From a virus, in IMG/VR virus record IMGVR_UViG_3300009285_002455: DNA of 64,000 nt. One strand, written 5' to 3'. Shown one piece after another: positions 1-12,000 of this stretch; within the stretch, counting starts at the first letter, position 1, and each line of letters starts with the position of its first letter. The notes under the pieces are model-generated. The model was not told where the DNA came from and searched no databases. It saw nothing but the letters and a program-made list of their open reading frames with translations. The position numbers and the translations under genes are program-made.

Positions 1-14
1 GTACAGAAAGCCAA

Positions 15-3000
15 ATGGGTGCTTATATCAGTAAGCATGGTAAAGGCGCGTTAGATTTAGATGTGGGTATATCTAAATTACAGCCAGGTGCTTATGGTAA
101 AAAAGAAGAAGCTAGATACTCGTCTAGTATGGCAAAGGCAGTAGCTACCGCATCTAATTTGGAAGATGAGCTTAATCAGTTATATGAGGTATCTGGTTCT
201 GGTGCTTACGGTGAATTGGTAAAGACTTCTGCCGATAGATTAAAAAATTCACAGAAAGACGTGCAAGCTGTAACTGCAGCTATTGCTAATTACGAACCTC
301 TGGATATTAAATCAATACAAGATAGTATTGGTAAGCTTACTGAATTAACCACGGGTGACTTAGCCACAATGTCTCCAATACATACGCAAGTATTTAAAGA
401 TAGATCCTCAGCTAAAGATTTAATGCGTATGCGTGATGTTGTAGACTATTATACTACACTAGCGGGGCTGCCAGTAGTAGAGCCGTCAGTGCTACAAGAA
501 ATAGAGCTACTAGGTAAAAGCGAACTTAGTAAGATGGCTGAAACTAAATTTAAAGATCAAGGCTTAACTCCCGAAGAACTACAAACCAAAGTAGATGCAT
601 ATGTAGACGTATTTTCAGAAAAAATGAAGGCCTTATATTCACTAGATAGAGCTTTAAAAGTATTTAAAACTTCTAGTGCCTCTGGTATGGATGTGGCTAC
701 TATGTTACCCCCTGTCTCCTCAGGTAAAGTTAGGGGAACAACATATCGTTCCACCGCAGGTATAGAGGCGGCTAAAGTATCTTCTCCTATAATGGAAGCC
801 GGTATTTACGGGTCTGCAGGAGGGCCCCCGCCCCCGGCTACCCCTGGTATAACAACACCGGGTGCTGGTGTTCCAGGGGGACCATTTACTTTTACTGGCG
901 GTGCTTTAAATGTTCATCTACAAAGCATTGCTGCTGGTATAGGTTTATTTGTAGGAGACACCCCACAAGCTAAAACTCAGACAACTACTGAGCCTGCTAT
1001 CGATGTAGAACAGCTTAAAAAATGGTCTGCCCAAATAACAGGTGGCCACAATGAGCTTAGCGGTGCAACATATGCAACAATATATAGAGCCAGTGCTTTA
1101 GCCGGCGGCGGTTCCTATAAGAGTGGGTTTAAAAAAGAAGACTTCTCTGAAAAAGAATTAAATAGTCGTCAGATAGCTGCCATAGTGTCAGCAATGCGTG
1201 GAGAAAGTGACAACATTCCTAATGACTTCTTAGAAGCCTCTGCTCTTGTTGGTCAAGCCATACATGCTAAAATACAAAAAGATATAATATCTATGGACCC
1301 CACAGCTGCCATAGAACAATTTGTGGCTTTAACCACAAAGTCTGGCCCTATAACCGGGCATATAGATGTTGTAATGAAAGATGAAACTACTGGTGAAAAA
1401 TATCCTATGGATATAAAGACAGTAGGTGAGGGGGTTAAAAAAGCTATTGGAGAAGCCATACAAACTTCCGGTACATCTGATTTCCCAGAAGTTTACGCCA
1501 AACTCATTGAGAAAGGGGACAAACCCAGTCTAGCGGCCGCATATAAATTACTGGATGTGGCATCACAGTTAAATGTTTATATGACAGCCATTGGTGCAAC
1601 TAAAGGCGAGGCTAAGTATTATAGTAGCACGGGTAAGGGTGAAGATACCCCTGAAGTTGTGAAATTTAAACAAGACCCAGCCTTATTAGCTAAAGATGTG
1701 GATGCCGTAGCTAAAGCTAGAAGGTTTGCTGGTAAATTTAGAACCACAGGTAGTTTAGAGGAACAAACGGAGGCCGCAAAGAAGGCTAGTCCTTTAAATA
1801 TAAGTGCTTCTGATTTAAAGAGAATGTTAGATGAATCTTCAAAACATTTTGAATCTGTTAAAACTGCTGGCGGCGGTAGACAAAGGGCTGCTTCTTACAG
1901 ACCGATGACACCTAAAGAGAGTGAAGAGAAAATTAAGGGTTTTAAACTTGACGAAACCGATTCAATTAGTGATATAGACAAATTATATAGCCCTAAAATA
2001 GCCGCTGGTAAGGATGTATGGGCCGATTTAGAGAACTTCACCACATTCCATACAGCCGCCAAAGAATTCCAACGGCAAGTTCGTAACATCAACTATGAAG
2101 AAGAGCTTAATAGTCTCGAAAAAGTAAGTAAAGATTTATCCGACATAATTAGAGGCACAGGTAAAACTGGCCCAGATATGGATAGATTTAGAAAAGCAAC
2201 AGATAAATTTAAACAGCTAGCCACTGATCAAGGTGGACCTGAAGGTGAACGTAGAGCAGGAGCGCAATTAAATAAAGCTTGGAAATTGTATAGAATGGCG
2301 GAAGGAGATTACTACTTATCTCAAGCCAAGGAGGCAAAAAGGGCCTACGAAGCGGCTAGCTCCTCAAAAGATTTTGAGGCGGAAACCGCAAGTTATGGTA
2401 AGGCACAATCCGCTATATCAAGAATGCGAAAGTTTGTTAGTAGGGTAGCTGGTTCTAGAACAGACATTTACACAGAAGATAAAAAATTTGTAATGCCGGA
2501 AATGGCACGTAGACTAAATGTTTATCAAACACCAGGTGAGTTGGCTACTAAGGCTACAACACCATTAGGTGATGATAAACAACTACAATCAATGTTTGAA
2601 AATATAGTAAGTGATTTACAAAAAGACAGTGTGATGACCCCTGCTGTTGAAAAAGCACGTACAGCTGTATCTACAATTACTGGTTCCAATGTTAAAAGAG
2701 AAATGATAGACATGATGCAAAATGCCGAGATGCTAACTAGGATGGGCTCTGATGTTATGCATGCTTGGGATTTTGATCTTTTGGCTGAAAAATTAAGTAG
2801 GCTCCGCGCTTCTCTTGAACGTTACATGAAGTATAATCTAACGGACGATTTTGGAGCAGCTCAAAAGAAGAATTTAGAGACTGTCATAAAGTATTTAAAA
2901 TCCGTAGAGAACTCATACACCATGATTAACCAGTCTGCCAATAAAGACTGGGGTGAGGCAGGCACAGTGCCAGTTCCAAAATGGTTAGCGCCGAAAGAGC

Positions 3001-6000
3001 AACTGGCTATGCACACAAGTAATGTAGAAAAAGTAAAAGAGTATTTTGAGAAGCCTCAAGAATCTGGTGGTGCACGTGTAGGTGAGGTTAGATCTTATCC
3101 TATCAAAGTTCTGGATCAGACTGGGCAGGTTGTTCGTAATGTTGTGGTGGACTTTGCTAAGTATGGTAAATCACTAAGTGACATAACAATAAAAGAAAGA
3201 GATTTAGCCTCCGCTATGCAAGGATCTAATAGCGGATTTAGAGGTGCAATAGGGCGTGCTGTTAAATGGGGTGCTGCTTCTACCGTAGTGTACGGAGGTT
3301 TTGCGCAACTCAAACAAGCTATTAGTACCTTAGCTGAAATAGAGTATAGTTTAGCCACACTTAAAATGATGTTAAATCCTCTGTCTTCTGATATAAATGG
3401 TTTATCAGCGGCCGCGGTTACCTTCGCCAAACAATATGGTGTTGGTATAACAGATGTATTACAATCTATGAATGTTTTTGCACAGCAAGGTTTAACACAA
3501 GCAGAAATAATAGATAGAACTAAGGTATCTACCTTAGCTGCTAATGTTACTACATTAAAAGCATCAGAAGCTACTGAAGCTTTAACATCAGCCATGAAAA
3601 TTTACCAAGAAGAAGGTAATAGTGCTATGCGCTTTTTAGATGCTTGGAGTGAGGTTGAAGCCAAGAGCGCTATTACTGCTGGTGACTTAGCCAATGCTAT
3701 TCAAAAGTCCGCCTCGGCAGCCAAAATTGCTGGTGTTACTTTTGATCAATTAAATGGTATTGTTGCCGCTATCGGTTCAACTACAAGACAATCAGGTAAA
3801 GAAGTAGGTACTTCTCTTAGATTTATTTTACGTAGACTTTCTGCCGAAAAAGGGCCAGAGCAGCTGGGTAAATTAGGTATTCCTGTCATGGAATCTACTG
3901 GACAGTTAAGATCTGGTTTTAGTGTTTTAGATGATCTAAGCAAAAAATGGAAAGACCTTAGTAACGCCCAAAAATTGGCTACCTCCCAAGCACTTGGTGG
4001 TACCAGACAATATAACTCTCTCATAGCTTTAATGGATAACTGGGATCAAGCTTTACGTGCCACCAAAGAGAGTATGAATTCCAAAGGCTCCGCAGAAAGA
4101 CGTAATGCTGAATTAATGGGTACTTATAGAAAACAGCTCGAACAAACCAAAGTTGCTTTAGTAGAACTACAGATGTCTATCGGTAAAGTAGCTTTGCCGG
4201 CATTTAAAATAGGTTTAAGTGGAGTTAAAACATTTTTAGAAACACTGTCTGCTATACCTGATCCTATCAAAGCGGCCGGCGCTGCTTTTGTGGCCTTACT
4301 GACCTATATGACTAAGGGACAGCAACTAGCCGAATCCTTAGGTGACATGCTTGCTGGAGGTAAGGACTTTCTAGGTATATCTGGGGCCGGAGAACAATTT
4401 ACTAAAGAGTTAGCTAAAACTAAATATGAATTATTTGGTTTAGGCGGCGGTAAATTAGCCACTGCCGGTCTTAAAACATTAGGTAAATTTACTACTACGG
4501 ATGCTAGTGGCGGAAAGACTGACGTAACCAGAGGGACTAAATTATCAGATTTTCATTCCTCTTTTGGCAGGTTGTCCTTTAAACTACAAGAAGTAGGTAA
4601 AGTATTTAATAGTTTTGTTGCTGATAGTGTTTCTACCACAGGTAAAGGAATAGCCTCATTCGGGGCTGCCGGAAAAACAGTAGGGACTAAACTTAGTAGT
4701 ACCGCTGGTATAGGGGAGACTATTGAAACTATTAGAAAACGTAATAGTATGACCAAAGAAGACATAGAAAAAACAGTTAAAGAGCTGGGTATACATCAAG
4801 CACTAAAGAAATTAGTTTCTGGTGGTTTGGCCATGGGCGCCGAAGTAGCTGGTATGGGTTCCTATTTAGGAGGTATGGCTGTAAAAGGTTTTGGTGATTC
4901 ACTCGGTGATATAGGCAAAAAGTTAACTGAAAATTTAGCTACGGACGATACTTCCTTTATAGCCGCGGTTGCCCCATTACTAACCACAATAGCAGCATTA
5001 GTACCGGCAATAAAAGTACTAGGGGATCAATATGGTAGGATGACTCAATCTGCACAAGATTACGCAAATGCTATGTATAGTATGCGTAGTATTCAAGAAG
5101 ATAATCTTACTAATATTAAAAATATGGCGGCTTCCTATGATGTTTTACAAAGCAAAATAGAGGATTTAAATAAATTAAATGATCCCGCCACCAAAGAACG
5201 TAGAAAATCTTTAAACACTTATGAAGCTCCTATAATTACATTAGGTAGAGCACAAGAAGATGTAATAAGTTTAGCAAATCAATTAGCAGAATCTAATAGT
5301 AACCTGGTGTTAGGTTATGATAAAGTAGGCAATGCGGTGCTTAAAGCCAGCACTAATTTTGACGAGTATTTTAAAGTACTGGATAAATCCAGAACTAAAC
5401 AACTGGCGGAATCGGAAGTAGACGTGGCTTCCAAATTTATAGAGGATTTAACCAAAACAGGTGGGTCTGAAAACACTAAAAAAATGATTAAAGATATAGC
5501 GAGTGAGGTGCCTATTATAGGAGAAATGCTTGCTAAGGGTATTAAAGTGGCCCCCGCCAAAGCTATTGCTGAAGTAACCGCACAGTTAAACAATTTGCTA
5601 TCAATAAAAGCAAAATCGCCTATGTCTTCTGCTGTGGATAAAGATATTAAAAAATATCAAGAGACATTAAAGGCGCTTAGAAATGATTACGCGGCTACTT
5701 ATAAGGAATTTAGTAATGTATTAGGCAACATTAATACTAAGGGATTAGATCCAAATGAGATTGCTAAAATATTTGCTGACCCCAGATTAAAAGAAGGGTA
5801 TGATGTTATACTTAACATGGAACCCAGACTAAATATAGCCGGCCTTAAAGGTAAAATTAATTGGCAGGATGTTTTAGGGCAAACTGTTATGCAGCGTGCC
5901 CTGCCCTCTGCTAAATCATTAGATTTTACAAAAGAATTAACTAAGGGTAAATTAGAGTCCGCAGGTCTTTTTGAACGCCAAGGTAAAGTGCTTAATAACG

Positions 6001-9000
6001 ATATAGTACTATTTATGGATGACGTGGCTGCAAAGTATAATATGGCGGGCAAACAAGCAATAGTTAAACTCAAAGAAACCTCGGATGGTGTATTTGAGTG
6101 GGTTGCACAATACTTTAATACAAAAACACTAAAAGTGGAAGAGCGTGCTTTTGATAAAGACATGCAGCAATTAGTTGAAAACATCTTTCCTGCCAATCAT
6201 ATACAAGATGAGATCACAGACAAAATAGAGATACTTAATGAATTTGTAGCCGGCGCCGGCGCGGGTATTAGGGCCATATCTGCAAAAGATTTCAAAAAGG
6301 AATTTGATTTAGGGGAGCGCTTTTTTAGTGACATAGCAACAACCACTCTGCTACAATCTGGTAAAGGGTTTACTCCTACCGCTTCTACAGGCAAAGGTTT
6401 TGGTGAATCTCCATTCCAAAAATCATGGAAAAAAGATTTTGAAGAGTATTACGCTAAACCTATGATTAAATTTAGAAGTTACATGGAGGACTTAGATAAA
6501 TTAAAAGTAGAAGGTTTGGATGAAGGCAGTGTTACCATAGCTAATGACTTATATAAAGAGTTAGAAAACCTAACTACTATATTAAAAAATAATCAAGTGG
6601 TAATGCAATATAGAGCTGTATTGGCCGATTTAACTAAAACATTTGAATCTGGCAAAAGAGCAATTGAAGAAAACATAGCTGTTGAACGTAGCCGTCAAGA
6701 AGTATTTAAAGGCACCACAGGTTATTTAAAAGGTATATCTGAGGGATTAGACACTTTTGATACGGGCGGGCCTAAGTATAAAGACCTGACTGTTCAACAA
6801 CGTACTTTAATAGGCTCAGAGGATTACAGAAACTTAGCCGCTCAACTAAAAGAATTAGATATACAAAAACAAGGTGCGTCAGAGGGCATGTACTCCTCCG
6901 ATAAAGCTCTTGTGGCACTTGATAGCATAGCTGCTGTATCAAAAGGCTTTGGTTCTGTGCTAACTAAGGACGAAATGCAAAACTTTACTGAAACTGTTGC
7001 TAGAACAGGTGACACAGGGTACGCTGAATTAAAAATAGAAACCTCTAGGGTAGCTACTAATACTGCGGATACTGTTACTAAGCTTGAAGACATTTTAATG
7101 GCTTTAGGTAGTCCAGGGGAACTTGATAAACAGTTAGAAAAATATATGTCTGCTAGTTCACCACAAGATTTACTAACTGGACTAGAGCGTGTAGCTGAAA
7201 TGCGCGATAGAGCGTCAGCCACCGGCAATTCCGATATGGTGATAGAAGCCAATAAAGTTCTAGATGTTATGACTAAAAATTTAACATCTCAATTAGGGGT
7301 AGATAGAACACTTAAAGAAATAGGTAGCCAGAATGTTTTTGGTGCTAAAAACTACACAGCAACAGAAGCTTCTCAACGAATGTTTTCTGGTCTAGATTTC
7401 CGTGATTTTGTAACACAAATGAAGGATGTCGTACCAGAAGAAAGTAAGTGGTTTGGTTTAAAAACTGTTCCAAACAAACCAACGTTCACTGCAGATGTGG
7501 AAGCCATAAATAAATTACAAACAGCAAATCAACAAACACAGTTTATTGATGATAAAACTGTAATGAAAGCCACTGCCGCAGCCAGTGTTGCTTCCGCTTT
7601 TCAAAAAGCTGGCGAAAACGCAACAGTTAAGAAATTAGATGAACAGCTTCAAGTATTAAGGGCACAACTCGCGGCAGAAGAAGCCAAGCCCGCTGTTAAT
7701 CAAAATAAAGGGTTAATAGAAGACCTAAAAACACAAGAAAAAACACTTACTACATCCAGAGAAGATACCGCAGCAAAAGCTACTTTATATGGCGCTGTTA
7801 CTACTATGACTGCGTCAAAAACAGCAATTATGGAATTTGCTAAAAGTCTTGGCTTTGCGGACGACACTATAAAGAAACTAGGTGCAGGTACCGTAGCCAC
7901 TTATGCTGCTTTATTAGTTTTTAGTAAACTATTGGGAACAGATCTTTCAGAGGCCACTAAAAATTATGGTAAAGTGTTAAAAGATGTAGCCACTGGTGTA
8001 GCAAACACTGGTGAGGCACCCTCTTTATCACAGGCCATAAAACTTAAACGGGCTGAAAAAAACTTTTATGAAGACTATGAAAAAAATAAAACACAGTACG
8101 GTTTCGCTGATGGCGGCAGAGTGTTTGGTGAAGGTACTCCTACTTCTGATAGTATTAATGCAAAATTAAGTAAAGACGAGTATGTACTAGATGCTGCAAC
8201 TGCTAGACGCGCTGGTTATGCCAGATTGGATAAATTCAGTAAAACACATAATCCAGAAGATTTAACAGGTTTTGCTACTGGTGGTGCCGTTAAAAACAGT
8301 TTGATAGAAAGCAAAGACGAACTTAAAAACAAAGCCGATTTATTACGTAAAGTTAATGATATACTTAAAGATTACCCTGAGTTATCTGATGTACTTAAAG
8401 GGTCCGAGGAAATGGCTTTGGATGTATTAAAGGAAAAATATCCTGAGGTACATAAAGCTGTAACTACTTTGTCTAAAATTAAAGTAGGCAAGGGTGAAGA
8501 GGCCACTTTAAATTTACCAGATGATTTAAAAAAATTATTAGATGCTGTTAATTTTAAAATGGCTACTGGCGGTCCAATAGCGGGCGAAGGTACTGGTACA
8601 TCAGACGATATATTAGCTAGGGTGAGTAACGGTGAATATATAATCAAGGCCGACTCTGCCAAACATTTGGGTCAAAGTAAGCTAGACTACATTAATGAAT
8701 ATGGCAAATTACCAACTTTCGCCACAGGCGGTGCTGTTGCTGGCCCAATAACAGACCCAGACATTAATAGACCTGCACAAGTACTAGCCACAGCAGCTGC
8801 GGCTACTATGGCAGGTTATCTAGCCGAAAGTAATGAAAAACTTACTGAGATAGCAACAGCTTCTAAAAAATCTGCCGCTGAGTCCACCCTTATAGCGGAT
8901 TTGATACAGAAAAACACATCATCAGCACAAAAAATATTTAATACCCTTAATGAGCAGGCTATTAAAAATGCTACAACCGATAAAATACTTCAAGGAACAG

Positions 9001-12000
9001 AAGTAAAATCCAAAGTATTGGATGTTGATGCTGAAAAGAAAAAAGTGGAACAAGCCATAAAAGATATGAAAGAAGTCTATAAACAGCAGGCGCAAGTCAT
9101 AAACAAACAGGCCGCTGATATGCAAGAACAGATGCTTAAACTTGAAATGGCTGAAGAATTAGAAAAGGAATTAAATGATATGGCTGCCGCTATATCCAAT
9201 GTAGAAATAACAGCAAATGCTAAAAATAGGTTTAGTAAATTAGTGGAAGAGTCCATGACTTACGGTGTAAAAAGTTTTGTTAGGCCATCTTTTTGGTCCA
9301 GTAATTTCGCTGTACCTCAACCTGGTGGTTTATTAGGAGGTAAGTATAATCCACCCCAAGTTGACTTAGGTGTTAGAAGTACACGGGATATGACAACAGA
9401 ACAATATCTGCTATTTAAAGATAAGGAGCTGGTATCAAAAGCTAAAAATCTTTCAGAGGTAGGTAAAAACTTTTTTACTAATCTAGGAAGACTTTTCACT
9501 GATCTAGATTTTTTTGCTAAGGACCTTAATTTTGAATCAGTGGCCACCTTTATAAATAGTTTGGCTTCTATACAAGATCCTAGAAAAGGTGTTAAACTTG
9601 AAAAAGTATTTACAATAAATAAATACCAAAAGGCAGAAACTTCTTTTAAAGCATTAGAAAAGGCCCAAAGTAAAACAGATCTTATGCAGTCTAAGCTTAC
9701 TGAACTCTATATTGAAAAACAAGAATTAGACGCTTTGGATAAAACAGTAGGGTTAAGTAGTAAAGAAAAGAAGCGGTTTAAAAATGTGGATATTTTAATA
9801 GACGAGTACGAACATGCTATAAAAGGACAAGTTTCTAAAATAAAGAATATAAAAATAGATTTAGAGCCTGTAATAATTGAAGGGACCTTTAAGAAGGCTA
9901 GATCTGAACGGGCTAATACCGAATTAGTTGAAGATTTTTCTAGTATAACTAGATCAATTTCTCAATCTAAAACGTCAATGACTGCTGCCATGAATCCTGA
10001 ATTATCTGGTTTTAGAGGTGATTTGCAATTTAAACGTAAAGACGCCGAATTAAGTGATCAAGAATACTTTTTTAAATCATCACAAGGAACTACAAAAAAC
10101 ACGATAGATCAACTAAAATCGGCACAAGCTCTAACAGAAAATGTAAGTAAAAAAATAGCAGATAGAGAGCAATTAATAACAGATATCAGATTAAAGCTGT
10201 TAGATGCCGGCGATAAAGAGACCAATCAAACTAAGGCATATAAAGATGAAATATTAAAATTAAGTGATGAGACGTCTGATTTAACAGAAGACTTCGAAAC
10301 CCTTAAAAATAGTATGGAATCCTTAGGCAGTATAACGCAAACCGTGTTTGATACAGGTAAAAGTCTACGCGTATTTAATGAAAGTTTTAAATCTTTAAGC
10401 GTACAGGGTTTTAGTGCCGGATTAGAAGGTACTAGAAATCTTAAATTGGCCATGGATTCCCTGGTTGGTGCTAGCGGTCCTTTTGCTAAAAGAATGGTCA
10501 CACCTACACAGCAAATAGATGCTTTAATGGGTGGTGGTATATCTTTAAGCAAATTTGCTGATGAATTTGAAATAAGAACAGCTGATTTATATACACAACT
10601 ATTTTCTGGCAATCTTAAAGGTAATGATCTTCAGAAAGTTATTGACCAAATAACCCATATGCCACAGGAAAAGGCTAGGGTACGTGAAGAACAAGATTTG
10701 GTTAAGCAATTTCAAGGTTTAGACACTATGGTTAATGCCATAAATTCCATGGAAGATACTTTAATTGAAAGAATATCATTTGGTAATGAAGATGCCGGCA
10801 CAAAAGCTTACTATGCTGGGTCTTTAAAACAATTAGAGGAACTTAAAAATTCTCAAGCGACCTTCATAAAATCAGAAACTACTATTGGAGCAGTAAAAGA
10901 AAAAGCCAAAGCCCAGTATGGGGAAGGAACCATAGAATACCAGAGATACATGTCTCAATTTGGTGGTATGGCTGAAAGCACCAGAGCGGTGGCAATAACA
11001 CCAGAAGTAAAAGAGGGCTTTGCAAGAATACAACATGACCTTGAAAAAACTCTAATGAACTCTGATCCTGTGGTTAAAGAATTGATTAACATACAAAAGA
11101 TCTTAGAAACATTAGCTGAAAAACTAGGCGTTCCCTCCTCGGAGTTAAGACAGCTATTTAAAACTCCTGGAGAAACAGATAAACTACTTCCAACCCTAGA
11201 AACAGCAAAATTTCAATCGCCTGTACAAAAATATGTAAGTGAAGTGGAACAAAATTCTATGGCTGGTTTAGTGGCCGCTAACAAAGCCTTGGATGCTCTT
11301 TCTGTGCCTACGGGGAATTTGGTTATAGAATTAGGTAGAGTTATACCAAAGTTTGTAGAATATAACAATGCATTAGGCAATGCTATTGTTAATTTAACCA
11401 GCAGGGCAGTAGGTGCTGCCATTAAGGATATTAATATAGTTCCTCCTGGTGTAGCGCAAGAAAAAGCTGTTAAAGAAAAAGCTACATTTATTGGTACAAA
11501 AATGGCTGAGCAACAAGGTTTTGATGTTAACGATCCAATAATAAAAGCAAGGATAAACCAATTTGCAGCTGGACAGGCCATGTTTATTAGTGAACAAGAA
11601 CGTCAAAATGCGCGTAATAAACCATCTGTTTTTACAGATACCCCAACTAAGGATTTTGTTTCAAAAGGTACTTTAAGTTTAGGTGCATCTGCTCTGGCTG
11701 CTATGGGACCTGATATAGCCCTGCTTGCTGAATTTTTTATGGGGCCCCAGGCTGCAACACTTTTGACTGCGGCCCCATTAGCAGTTGGTGCTGGGGTAGA
11801 AGGGTACAATTTTGCTGCCCCAAAAGCAGACTACCTCATGTCTTTAAAAGAAACCAATGACCTACTAACTAAGGCAGAGAAGGATGCTGCATCACGTGGT
11901 GATTTATTTGAAAAACCCTCGCTGAATTTGCCTGATTTGGAGAACCTACACTTAGCGGATGACGCTTATTTTAAAGCACAAATAGAGGCACTTTATAATA

